This document shows positions 1 through 14,651 of a stretch of DNA of 64,000 nt, one piece after another. The DNA is from Elusimicrobia bacterium GWA2_66_18 (GTDB taxonomy: Bacteria > Elusimicrobiota > Elusimicrobia > UBA1565 > UBA9628), in assembly GCA_001799675.1 (NCBI GenBank), contig MGTX01000006.1:44316-108315 (forward strand), written 5' to 3'. Within the stretch, counting starts at the first letter, position 1; every line of letters starts with the position of its first letter. A program made the translations under genes and the position numbers. The notes under the pieces were generated by a model. That model was not told where the DNA came from. It made no database searches and saw only the letters and a list, made by a program, of their open reading frames with translations.

Positions 1-418
1 CGGCGTCCGCGAACGGGTTGCCCTTGAGCAGGGCGAGCGCGACGGTCGCAATGCCGCGCGCCGAGCAAAACAGCGCCGCGGGCTCGATGAGAGCGAGGTT
101 GCGCCCGGGCAGGTAGACGCCGGTCCAGGCGGCGCCGGCGGGCGGTGTTCCGCGCCCCGTCAGCGCCCAGTGGTCTGCGGGCACGAGTCCTCGCATCGGC
201 GCATCGACCACGGTCAGGGTTTTGAGGCGCGGCGAGCGCAGGGCGCGCAGATATCTTCGGAGCGCGTGCAGTTCCGCGCGCTCCCATAGGTAGCCGCAGC
301 GAACGTAGAGGGGGTGAACCTCGCGGCCGCGGCGCAGGAGGTCGGCGACGAGCGCGCAGCTGTCGACGCCTCCGCTTGCGAGCACGCAAATTTTCGCCGG
401 CCGCCCCGGGCTTCTCAT
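1..418 (-). CDS. queC: 7-cyano-7-deazaguanine synthase QueC, N-terminal part (gene continues beyond window start)
   Basis: Hand translation of reverse strand from ATG at ~416-418: MRSPGRPAKICVLASGGVDSCALVADLL...LALLKGNPFAD; SGGxDS PP-loop motif typical of QueC; absent from ORF track because there is no stop inside the window. Confidence 0.75.
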   Translation of the reverse strand, partial: MRSPGRPAKICVLASGGVDSCALVADLLRRGREVHPLYVRCGYLWERAELHALRRYLRALRSPRLKTLTVVDAPMRGLVPADHWALTGRGTPPAGAAWTGVYLPGRNLALIEPAALFCSARGIATVALALLKGNPFADA

Positions 419-452
419 CGTTTATCCTCTGCGCGGCGGTTGAGGCCGCGGT

Positions 453-1457
453 CTATTGCCGCTGCCCCAGCGGGCGTCTTTGCATGCCCTTGACATAGGG
501 GGGGGGCGGGTTTTCCGGTTTCTTGGGATAGAAAATTTCCTTGATCTTCTTGCAGAATTTAACGATGAATGCGGCGATCTCATGGCGATATTGGTAAATG
601 CTCGCCCCCATGTACAGCAACGACCCGGCCGCGAGGAGATACGGAGCGGCCGCTAACAGCGCCAGAGAGAGCAATTGCAGGGTTCCCCCGCCGACCTTGA
701 CTCCTCCGATGATCGTTCTCTCGTTGAAATTTCCCTTGTGGGTCTTGTGCGCCAGCATGACGCCGCTCACGATGTTCCACACCCCGTCGGCGACCGCGAG
801 GCCGCCCCCGACGGCCGTCAAGGTTTGGCCGATTTTGGCCGTGTGCAGCGCCTTGGAGCCCGCGGAATCGGCCTTGCTGCTCCAGGAGAACGTCCTATCG
901 CCTATGCGCTGCGCCCGGAGAAATTCAGCTCCAGCGGAGATGTCCGCCGCCACGACGGCGGCGGGGGCGATGATCGAGGCGGCTTTCTGCGCTCTAGCGC
1001 CGTCGAAGACGGCGCCGCCGTCCTGCGCGGAGGCTCTTGGGTCCGGGATTATTGAGGACACCACGCCGAGATTGATCTTTTTCGCTTCTTTCAATTGAGT
1101 CGACTCTTGGGCATTCCTATTCAGGAGTTGAAGTCCTTCCGGCGTCGGCTTCTCGCGCTCGTCGACGTATCGTTTCCAGCCCTCGCCCGCCAGGCTTTTG
1201 AGTTCTGCGACCTGCCCGCGCCGGATCTGTTCAAGTGGCCTCACGAGTTGCTCGACGATTTTCTTACGCTCATCAGGCAGAGCGTCGTAGAGCGCAGGCT
1301 CGATATCCCAGCGCCGCAGGACTTCGTCGTCGACAATGATGGGCGTGTCTGTATCGTGAGGGGTCGGGTAGGACTGACAAAAAGACTGTCCCGTCATGCT
1401 CGTTGATAGGAGCAGGCAGAGTAATCCTTTCGTCAAGGCGATATGCCCTCTGGTCAT
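453..1457 (-). CDS. hypothetical exported/membrane protein (signal-peptide-like N-terminus, hydrophobic C-terminal segment, PPPP near C-terminus encoded by the poly-G/C tract)
   Basis: 334-aa ORF; N-terminus MTRGHIALTKGLLCLLLSTSMTG is signal-like; no recognisable catalytic motifs. Confidence 0.5.
   Translation of the reverse strand: MTRGHIALTKGLLCLLLSTSMTGQSFCQSYPTPHDTDTPIIVDDEVLRRWDIEPALYDALPDERKKIVEQLVRPLEQIRRGQVAELKSLAGEGWKRYVDEREKPTPEGLQLLNRNAQESTQLKEAKKINLGVVSSIIPDPRASAQDGGAVFDGARAQKAASIIAPAAVVAADISAGAEFLRAQRIGDRTFSWSSKADSAGSKALHTAKIGQTLTAVGGGLAVADGVWNIVSGVMLAHKTHKGNFNERTIIGGVKVGGGTLQLLSLALLAAAPYLLAAGSLLYMGASIYQYRHEIAAFIVKFCKKIKEIFYPKKPENPPPPYVKGMQRRPLGQRQ
498..506. repeat. homopolymeric G9 tract (C9 on coding strand) inside the 3' end of the 453..1457 gene
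   Basis: Read directly: ...tgacataggg ggggggcggg...; encodes the PPPP run. Confidence 0.6.
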
Positions 1458-1605
1458 GGGTGCCTATGTCTCTACAGCAGGATAGATTGCCGACCGCAAA
1501 TCCGCCAGGGGGTCTTTGGGGCAGAAACATGCGGCGATGGGCCTAGGGGGGTGGGGGGATATTCCTGGCATTGCGCCGTTCGCCGAAAGAATCTACACTG
1601 TGGCC

Positions 1606-1812
1606 ATGTCCCATCACATGCTGGTCGTTGAGGACGATCCCGATATTCAAGGCTACTGCAATACGGCGCTTGAGAGCGCCGCCTTGGGGCTGGCGTTCTG
1701 CCGCGTCGCCGCGCAGGCGCTCCCGGGAAGGCTTTGGGTCGAGGACCGCGACGGCGGCGGCAGCCGCTTCGTTCTCGACGTGCCCGGCAACGCGACGTCC
1801 GTTGTCGTTTAG
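1606..1812 (+). pseudogene. 68-codon micro-ORF resembling a collapsed two-component-system remnant (response-regulator receiver N-terminus joined to histidine-kinase C-terminal tail)
   Basis: MSHHMLVVEDDPDIQ... (receiver-domain start) followed ~35 aa later by ...LWVEDRDGGGSRFVLDVP (typical HK HATPase_c C-terminal motif); part of ORF 1516..1812. Confidence 0.3.
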
Positions 1813-1852
1813 CGCGCGCCCGGTGAGGCGCTATTCGCCGACGGCCGCGGCG

Positions 1853-3367
1853 ATGACGGCATTATTGCTCGTTGCGACGGCGCTGATTTATATCCGCAGC
1901 GGCTACGTCCCCTCGCCGGGGGAATTCGGCATACTTGTGGAGCGCGCTTATCGCGTGGCCAGCGGCGAGATGATCTACCGTGATTTTGAGACCTTCACCA
2001 CGCCGTTGTCCTATTATCTTCAAGCCGTGCCGTTGCGCCTCTTTGGACCGACGCTCGGCATGGTGCGCGGTTATATCGCGCTCCAGGGCGCGCTGATGAC
2101 GTGGCTTTGTTTTGCGGTCTTGCGCAAGTCGTTGGGGCTGGGGCGAGTGGAAAGCGCGCTGGCCGCCGCTTTTGGTTTTCTGTGGTCGTCGCAATGGCTG
2201 ACCGGGATGCCTTGGTATAGCTCGGACGCCTACGCTTTTATCATGGCGGCGACCGCGGCGCTGCTCTTTGTGCGGCACGATCATTATGAGCGTGGAAAAT
2301 CTTTTTTCATCGGTCTGTGCTGCGCGCTGACGTTTTTGTGTAAACAAGACCTTGGCGCCGCGGCGTTGATCCTGGGACTTCCTTTGTTGGCGGCGGCCGG
2401 CGGCCGCGCCGCGATGGCCTCGCGGGCGTGCTTCTACGTGGCCGGTGCGCTGCTTCCGTTTGCGGCCTTTGCCGCCTGGCTGAGCTGCTACGGCGTGCTG
2501 GGGACCTCGTACTGGTGGATCGTTGAGCGTGCCCTATCCTATCGCGTCGCCACCAGCGGCGCCAGTCTCATTGACCGCACGCTGAAAGCAGTTCTGGGCG
2601 CGGAGAATTGCGTCGGCAAGTTGCTTCTGTTGGTTTACTGGTTTGGCGCCGCGCTGTCATGGAGGCGCGCCGCCGTCGCCGCTCTCCCGCAGCGTGCCGT
2701 TTATCGGCGCAGCGCCTGCGCCGCCGCCTTCCTCGGCGGAATCTATTTCGTGGGGTTGATCAGCTACAATTCCGCGGGATTCTCATTGCTTCAGGAGGGC
2801 GTGGGATGCGCGCTGGGGATCGCCTGGGCCGCGGTAAAACCGCGGGGGCCGATGGGCCCATTCGCGAAGGTCTGCGCCGTAGCCGGAGCGCTGACCGTAT
2901 CGGCGTTGGCCCTCAGAAGCTTCAATTATATGTTCTATAGCCATCCGCCGCCGGCCTTCGAAAAATTGGAAGGCGCGGAGTTTTCCTCAACGAGCTTTCC
3001 GCGTGTAATGGCGCGGCGCATCAGCGCTGTCACGGCTTTCATCGGCGGTCGCATCCCGCCGGACGAACCAGTGCTGCTGTTGCCGCCAGAGGCGTTTCCC
3101 GCGGTTTATCTGGCCGTCAGACGACTGCCGCCTCTGCCTTTGACTGCGTTTTCCGAGACCATCAACCGTTTTCGGGACCAGGATCAGAAGCGCTGGATCG
3201 CCGTGTTGCAGAGACGGCGCCTGCATTGGGCGATCATTGCGCCGGGGTCGCTGCCGGAGGGCTTCTTGACCGATCAGCCGCTCGGCCGCTTCCTCGCAGA
3301 GAACTTCGAGCGGGTAGCCGATGCCGGGCCGGATGTTCTGATGTTGCGGCGCAGTCCTTTTCATTAA
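1853..3367 (+). CDS. polytopic membrane protein, PMT/ArnT-like (GT39/GT83-type) glycosyltransferase family candidate
   Basis: Internal Met (MTALLLVATALIYIRSGY...) of ORF 1571..3367; ~11 predicted hydrophobic helices, aromatic-rich first loop (YRDFETFTTPLSYY); upstream part of the ORF is Arg/Pro-rich and was judged non-coding. Confidence 0.5.
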   Translation: MTALLLVATALIYIRSGYVPSPGEFGILVERAYRVASGEMIYRDFETFTTPLSYYLQAVPLRLFGPTLGMVRGYIALQGALMTWLCFAVLRKSLGLGRVESALAAAFGFLWSSQWLTGMPWYSSDAYAFIMAATAALLFVRHDHYERGKSFFIGLCCALTFLCKQDLGAAALILGLPLLAAAGGRAAMASRACFYVAGALLPFAAFAAWLSCYGVLGTSYWWIVERALSYRVATSGASLIDRTLKAVLGAENCVGKLLLLVYWFGAALSWRRAAVAALPQRAVYRRSACAAAFLGGIYFVGLISYNSAGFSLLQEGVGCALGIAWAAVKPRGPMGPFAKVCAVAGALTVSALALRSFNYMFYSHPPPAFEKLEGAEFSSTSFPRVMARRISAVTAFIGGRIPPDEPVLLLPPEAFPAVYLAVRRLPPLPLTAFSETINRFRDQDQKRWIAVLQRRRLHWAIIAPGSLPEGFLTDQPLGRFLAENFERVADAGPDVLMLRRSPFH

Positions 3368-3410
3368 CAGACTACAAGTCCAGGGCGCGACTCCATAGCA
3401 AGTACGCCGC

Positions 3411-7356
<3,946 letters not shown>

Positions 7357-7364
<8 letters not shown>

Positions 7365-7794
7365 GATGATGGAGCTCCATGCCCAGCGCGGCCATCTCCA
7401 AGGCGGCCAGGGCCGCTTCCTTGCCTCGGTCGAGGCGGCCCCGCGTGCGGGCCAACGCCTGCTTCCAGGTGTCGGGCGTCAGCACGCCCAGGATGACGGG
7501 CACCCGGGCGTCCAGGCTGACGCGGTGCAGGCTTTGCACCAGCGAGCGCGCGATGTGGTCGTTCTGCGGGGTCCGGCCCTTGAGCACGCAGCCGAGCGCC
7601 ACGACCGCCGCGTAGCGGCCGCTCAGAGCCAGTTCCTGGACCGCCCAGGGGAGCTCGTAGCCGCCGGGCACATGCACGACCTTGAGGCGGGAGTCCGTCC
7701 AGCCTTCGCGACGGAAGGTCTTCAGGCAGCTCTCCAAGAGGCGGGAGGTGACCTCCTCGTTGAAGCGCGAGACGACGATCGCGACCTTCTTCAT
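7357..7794 (-). CDS. ribH: 6,7-dimethyl-8-ribityllumazine synthase RibH
   Basis: Internal start MKKVAIVVSRFNEEVTSRLL... of ORF 7357..8904; ~146 aa lumazine synthase fold; ATG overlaps ribBA stop. Confidence 0.9.
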
Positions 7795-9032
7795 CGACGT
7801 TCCTCCAGGCCCTCGAGCCAGTGTCCCATCTTCTCCTTCTTGGCGCGCAGGTAGCGCGCCGCGTGCTTCGGCGCGGGGACCTGCAGGGGCACGCGCTCGA
7901 CGACCTTGAGCCCGTAGCCCTCGATGCCGACGATCTTGCGGGGGTTGTTGGTCAGGATGCGGAAGGAGGTCAGGCCTTGGTCGGCCAGAATCTGCGCGCC
8001 GATGCCGTACTCGCGCAGGTCGGGCTTGAGGCCCAGCTTCAGGTTCGCCTCGACCGTGTCGAGGCCCTTGTCCTGGAGGGCGTAGGCGCGGATCTTGTCG
8101 ATGAGGCCGATGTCTCGCCCTTCCTGGTTGAGGTAGACCAGCACGCCCTTGCCCGCCGCCGCGATCTGCTTGAGCGCGGCCTCCAGCTGGCGGCCGCAGT
8201 CGCACTTCTCCGAGAAGAGGGCGTCGCCCGTCACGCAGGAGGAGTGCACGCGCACGAGCGCGCTCTTCCGCCTCGCCACGTCGCCCATGACCAGGGCGAG
8301 GTGGACCTTGCCGGTGAGGGTCTCCTCGTAGACGCGGATGATGAAGTCCCCGTACTTGGTGGGCAGGCGCGCGCTCGCCCTGCGCGTCACGAGGCGGTCC
8401 TTGCGGCGGCGGTGCTCGATGAGGTCGGCGATGGTGATGATGCGCAGGCCGTGCTTGCGGGCGAAGCGCGCGAGTTCCCGCGTGCGCGCCATGGTCCCGT
8501 CGGCGTTGAGGATCTCGCAGATGACGCCGGCGGGGGTGAGCCCCGCCAGGCGCGCCAGGTCCACGGCGGCCTCGGTGTGCCCGGCGCGGACCAGGACGCC
8601 GCCCTCCTTGGCCCGCAGGGGGAAGACGTGGCCGGGACGCACGAGGTCCTCGGGGCGGGAGCGGGGGTGGATGAGGGCCGCGATGGTGGCCGCGCGGTCC
8701 TTGGCGGAGATGCCCGTGGTGGTGCCCCTCTTGGCGTCCACGGAGACGGAAAAGGCGGTGTCGCGGCCGGGCCCGGGGCCATGCGGCTGGGTCGCGTCCA
8801 CCATGGGGTGGAGCCGGAGAGCGTCCAGGCGCGGCGCGGGCAGGGGAACGCAGATCAGGCCCCGGGCGTGGACGGCCATGAAGTTGACGGCCTTCACGCC
8901 GCACTTCTCGGCGGCGATGACGATGTCGCCTTCGTTCTCCCGATCCGGGTCGTCGACGACCACCACCATGCGTCCTTTGCGGACGTCGGCGACGGCGTCC
9001 TCGATGCGGTCGAATCCCTTGGCGGGCTTCAT
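7791..9032 (-). CDS. ribBA: bifunctional 3,4-dihydroxy-2-butanone-4-phosphate synthase / GTP cyclohydrolase II RibBA
   Basis: Internal start MKPAKGFDRIEDAVADV...; DHBP synthase motifs (RENEGDIV, GHTEA) then GTP cyclohydrolase II motifs (CDCG, zinc Cys triad). Confidence 0.92.
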   Translation of the reverse strand: MKPAKGFDRIEDAVADVRKGRMVVVVDDPDRENEGDIVIAAEKCGVKAVNFMAVHARGLICVPLPAPRLDALRLHPMVDATQPHGPGPGRDTAFSVSVDAKRGTTTGISAKDRAATIAALIHPRSRPEDLVRPGHVFPLRAKEGGVLVRAGHTEAAVDLARLAGLTPAGVICEILNADGTMARTRELARFARKHGLRIITIADLIEHRRRKDRLVTRRASARLPTKYGDFIIRVYEETLTGKVHLALVMGDVARRKSALVRVHSSCVTGDALFSEKCDCGRQLEAALKQIAAAGKGVLVYLNQEGRDIGLIDKIRAYALQDKGLDTVEANLKLGLKPDLREYGIGAQILADQGLTSFRILTNNPRKIVGIEGYGLKVVERVPLQVPAPKHAARYLRAKKEKMGHWLEGLEERR

Positions 9033-9616
9033 CTCTTGGTCCTCAGGGCGGCGACGGCGGCCCGGGCGTAGCGGGCCAAGGGGTCCGCCTCCAGATTGAC
9101 GCGATCTCCCGGGCGGCGGCATCCCAGCGTGGTGTTCTTGAGGGTGTGAGGCACCAGCATCACCTCGAACCAGGCCGGCCGCGCGGCCGTGACGGTGAGG
9201 CTGGTCCCGTCGATGGCAATGGAGCCTTTCCGCGCGATCAAGCCGCGCAGGGCTTTGGGCCGTTCCACCCGCAGACGCCGGAAGCCTTCGGCCCAGGTCT
9301 CGTGGACGAGGACCTTCGCGGCCGCGTCCACGTGGCCGGTCACGAAATGTCCGCCCACTTCCGATCCCAATCGCAAGGATGGTTCCATGTTCACCGCTTG
9401 GCCGGTTTTGAGTTCTCCCAGATTCGTCCGGGCCCAAGTGTCCGGCCCGACGTCGAAGCGATGTGTCCCGTTCTTCGTGGCCACGACCGTCAGACAACAG
9501 CCGTTGACCGCGATGGACGCTCCGATCTTCGGCTGGGTGATCTTCGCGCGGATGGCGAGGGTCGTCGCGGTCCGCTTCCCGACGGTTCCCATGACTTCGA
9601 TGATGCCGCTGAACAT
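9029..9616 (-). CDS. ribE: riboflavin synthase alpha subunit RibE
   Basis: MFSGIIEVMGTV... two lumazine-binding repeats (NGCCLTV / DGTSLTV). Confidence 0.88.
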   Translation of the reverse strand: MFSGIIEVMGTVGKRTATTLAIRAKITQPKIGASIAVNGCCLTVVATKNGTHRFDVGPDTWARTNLGELKTGQAVNMEPSLRLGSEVGGHFVTGHVDAAAKVLVHETWAEGFRRLRVERPKALRGLIARKGSIAIDGTSLTVTAARPAWFEVMLVPHTLKNTTLGCRRPGDRVNLEADPLARYARAAVAALRTKR

Positions 9617-10604
9617 CAAAGAACTCCTTGAATGAGCCAGTCGCCGCCGAGACGGGAGACCCTCGGGTCCTTCAGGCGTGGCGCGCGGTTGGGGTCGTTC
9701 GTGCCCGAGAGCAGTTTCGGCGCGAGGAACACCCGCGCCTCGTCCACCAATCCCGCGCGGAGGAAGGCCGCGTGGACGGTCGGGCCGCCTTCGACGAGGA
9801 GCGTGCCCACTCCGCGGCGGCCGAGGTCCCGGAGCATGGCGCGCAGGTCCATGGGTCGGCGCGCGCGGTAGACCAGCGCCGGCGCCGGGCCCTGGAAGAC
9901 GCGGGCGCGGGGAGGCAGGGCTCGGCGCCCGGCCAGCACGACGCGCAGGGGGTCCGGCCCCGCACCGTGGGCGGTGAGCGCGGGGTCGTCGGCGCGCACG
10001 GTCCCGGCGCCGACGAGGATGGCGTCGCACTCGGCGCGCATCGCGTGGACGGACGCGCGGGCCTTGGCTCCGGTGACCCAGCGCGAGCGGCCCGAGGCGG
10101 CGGCGGCCTTGCCGTCCAGGGAGAGGGCGGTTTTCATAACGACCCAGGGGCGACGGCGGCGCATCAGGGAGAAGAAGCCTCGGTTGAGCTTCTCGGTTTC
10201 CGCGCCAAGGTCCACGACTTCGGCCTTGGCGTCCGCGCGTCGGAGGATGGTCAGGCCGCGGCCCGTCACGGCCCGGTTCGGGTCCCGCGCGGCGCAGACG
10301 ACGCGGCGCACGCCGGCCGCCGCCAGGGCTTCGGCGCAGGACGGCGTCTTCTTGCCCTTGAAGGGGGCGCAGGGCTCCATCGTGACATAGGCCGTAGCGC
10401 CCTGGGCGAGGGAACCGGCTTGAGCGAGGGCCAGGGCTTCGGCGTGAGGGCCGCCGAACCGGCGGTGCGCGGCTTGCGCGATCACGCGTCCGTTCTTGAC
10501 CAACACGCAGCCTACGCGGGGGTTGGGACTGACGTCGCGCGGAGCCACGCGCCGTGCAAGCGCGAGGGCGCGACGCAGGAAGCGCAGGTCGGACGCGCGG
10601 CTCA
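9616..10604 (-). CDS. ribD: bifunctional diaminohydroxyphosphoribosylaminopyrimidine deaminase / 5-amino-6-(5-phosphoribosylamino)uracil reductase RibD
   Basis: Internal start MSRASDLRFLRRALALA...; CMP/dCMP deaminase Zn motif (HAEALAL...MEPCAPFKGK) then RibD C-terminal reductase domain; N-terminal 150 codons of ORF 9616..11058 judged artefact. Confidence 0.9.
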
Positions 10605-11615
10605 TGGCCGGACCACCGTTTTGGCGATCGATTGATCGGCGTTGGCGGCGAAGAAGGCGGGGATGTCCGCGAGTCTTACCTCGCCTTTGACGAGCAATTC
10701 GGTCTTGACCTTGCCCTCGGACAGGAGCCGTACGGCTTCCTTGAAGTGGCGCGGATTGTGATGGAACACGCCGTGGAGGGTGATCTGCTTGTAATGGAGG
10801 CGATGGACGTCGAACGCGACGACGGTCCCATGGGCGCAGCCGCCGAACAGGCAGACCTTGCCGCCGTCGCGAACGATTGCCGCCGCCTGGAGATAGATCT
10901 CCGGCTTTCCCACGGCTTCGAAGACATGGTCGGGTCCGCGCCCGTCGGCCCAAGCTCTCACTCCCTGCTCGGCATCGAAGGCCGCCTCGGCGCCGGCGGA
11001 TTGCGCCGCCTCGAGAGGTCCCTTCGAGCGGCCCAGCACGGCGACGCGCGCGCCGCACGCGCGCAGGGCGTGGACCAGCAGGAGGCTCATGGGGCCCGCG
11101 CCGATGATGAGCGCGGTCTCGCCGGGGCGCACGGCGTTTATCTCGGCGGCGTGGATGGCGCAGGCGAAGGGCTCGGCAAGAGCGCCGACCTCGAAGGGGA
11201 CCGACGCGGCCAGTGAGTGGAGGTTGTGGCGGACGATGTGCGCGGGGATGATATCGTAATCGGAGTAGGCTCCGTTATGGAGCTTTAGATTCGGACAAAG
11301 ATGGTTCTGGCCGTTCGCGCACCAGAAGCAGTCATCCATCGGGGCGGAGTTGGCGACCACGACGCGGTCTCCCTCCCTCGCCGCCGTCACGCCCCGGCCG
11401 ACGCAGACCACGGTCCCCGCCAGTTCATGGCCGAAGGACGACGGATAATCGCCCAGAAGGACGCGATGACCCTGGCGGTAGGCCTTGAAGTCGGTGCCGC
11501 AGGTAAGGGCCGCGCCCATCTTCACGACGACCTCGCCCGCGCCGGGCGCGGAGACGGGAGACTCTTCGAGGCGTATGTCGCGCGGGGCGTGGAAGATGAT
11601 CCGGCGGTTTATCAT
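10602..11615 (-). CDS. Zn-dependent medium-chain alcohol/polyol dehydrogenase (MDR family)
   Basis: Last ~338 codons of 1318-aa ORF, starting MINRRIIFHAPRDIRLEESPV...; GHE..G motif (GHELAGTV), structural Zn Cys cluster (CFWCANGQNHLC), Rossmann GAGPMS. Confidence 0.8.
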   Translation of the reverse strand: MINRRIIFHAPRDIRLEESPVSAPGAGEVVVKMGAALTCGTDFKAYRQGHRVLLGDYPSSFGHELAGTVVCVGRGVTAAREGDRVVVANSAPMDDCFWCANGQNHLCPNLKLHNGAYSDYDIIPAHIVRHNLHSLAASVPFEVGALAEPFACAIHAAEINAVRPGETALIIGAGPMSLLLVHALRACGARVAVLGRSKGPLEAAQSAGAEAAFDAEQGVRAWADGRGPDHVFEAVGKPEIYLQAAAIVRDGGKVCLFGGCAHGTVVAFDVHRLHYKQITLHGVFHHNPRHFKEAVRLLSEGKVKTELLVKGEVRLADIPAFFAANADQSIAKTVVRP

Positions 11616-12610
11616 GGCGTCAGCACCGCCTTCAGGATGCGCCGCGACTTCACGGCGTGAACGGCGTCGTCGAAGGCCGAGAGAGGAAATCGTTCGGGGT
11701 TGAGAGATAAAGGACCGAACTTCCCCGAGGCGATAAGCTCGAAGGCTTCCCTCAGGTCGACGAGGGAGGGGGAATAGGAGGCAATGACGGACAGTTCCCG
11801 GTGATAGACCTGATTTAAGTCGAGCTTCATCAAGGGGTCGGGATGAAAGGATGTGAACACGTTGAGGGCGCCTCCGTCCCGGAGCCAGCCCAGGGACGCT
11901 GCGACCAGGGCGGGCGTGCCCGCTGAGAAGATGACGGCGTCGAAGCCCCGGTTCTCGCTGGCGTTGCGGCCCGCCTGCGCGAACGCTTCCAGGTCGGTGA
12001 TTCCCGTCCCCCATCGCCCGAACGTCGCGGCGCGCGAGGCGTCCAAGTCCAAGCCCACGGGGCGGGCGCCGCGCAGCTTCAGCAGTTGCCCCGTCATCTG
12101 CCCCATCGCCCCCAGACCCACGACGGCGATCACGTCGCCCGGCCCGGCTTCCAGCCTCTTGACGTTGCGCAGCACGCAGGCCAGGGGTTCGGTCTGCGAG
12201 GCGGCGACGGGGTCCACGCCTTCCGGGACGCGGAAGGCGGCGCGGCGGGCGTGGAGGGCGGGCACGCGCACGAACTCGGCGAAGCCCCCGGGGGCGATGT
12301 TGGTGGCCTTGAACTGGCGGCACATGGACTCCTGCCCCTTGCGGCAATAGTGGCAGGTCAGGCAGGGGACGTGGTGGGAAACGACGACGCGCTCGCCGAC
12401 GCGGAAGGGGGCGTCCGCGTCGGCCTCGGCGACCAGACCGCAGAGCTCGTGGCCCAGCACCGCGTCTTGGGCGCGCGTGTCGAGCTTCATGATATCGGTG
12501 CCGCAGAGCCCGCAGACTTCGACCTTCAGCAGGAACTCGCCCGCGCCGATCCCGGGGACCGGGACCTCGCAGAGACGCGCGGCACCGTCGCGTGCCAGGA
12601 TGGCCTTCAT
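11612..12610 (-). CDS. second Zn-dependent alcohol dehydrogenase (MDR family), tandem to the first
   Basis: ORF 11612..12655; likely start MKAILARDGAARL (ATG ~12610) because the upstream ATG at 12655 would overlap divergent speA start; CGLCGTD, GHE, CxxCxxC motifs, GLGAMG Rossmann. Confidence 0.75.
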   Translation of the reverse strand: MKAILARDGAARLCEVPVPGIGAGEFLLKVEVCGLCGTDIMKLDTRAQDAVLGHELCGLVAEADADAPFRVGERVVVSHHVPCLTCHYCRKGQESMCRQFKATNIAPGGFAEFVRVPALHARRAAFRVPEGVDPVAASQTEPLACVLRNVKRLEAGPGDVIAVVGLGAMGQMTGQLLKLRGARPVGLDLDASRAATFGRWGTGITDLEAFAQAGRNASENRGFDAVIFSAGTPALVAASLGWLRDGGALNVFTSFHPDPLMKLDLNQVYHRELSVIASYSPSLVDLREAFELIASGKFGPLSLNPERFPLSAFDDAVHAVKSRRILKAVLTP

Positions 12611-12653
12611 AAAGAACTGCCAGGATGATAGAATATCTTTTACAATCTTCGCC
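12611..12653. promoter_or_regulatory. short divergent intergenic region between ADH-rib operon (minus) and speA (plus); AT-richer, contains TAGAAT-like -10 element
   Basis: Sequence aaagaactgccaggatgatagaatatcttttacaatcttcgcc is markedly AT-richer than surroundings. Confidence 0.3.

Positions 12654-14640
<1,987 letters not shown>

Positions 14641-14651
<11 letters not shown>

Noticed and set aside
7821-9071. 416-aa plus-strand ORF antisense to ribBA, and N-terminal extensions of ORFs 7357..8904, 7791..9497, 9029..10030 and 9616..11058
   Set aside because: True starts of ribH, ribBA, ribE and ribD were placed at internal Met codons with conserved N-termini and ATGA overlaps. The extensions are Arg/Pro-rich artefacts.
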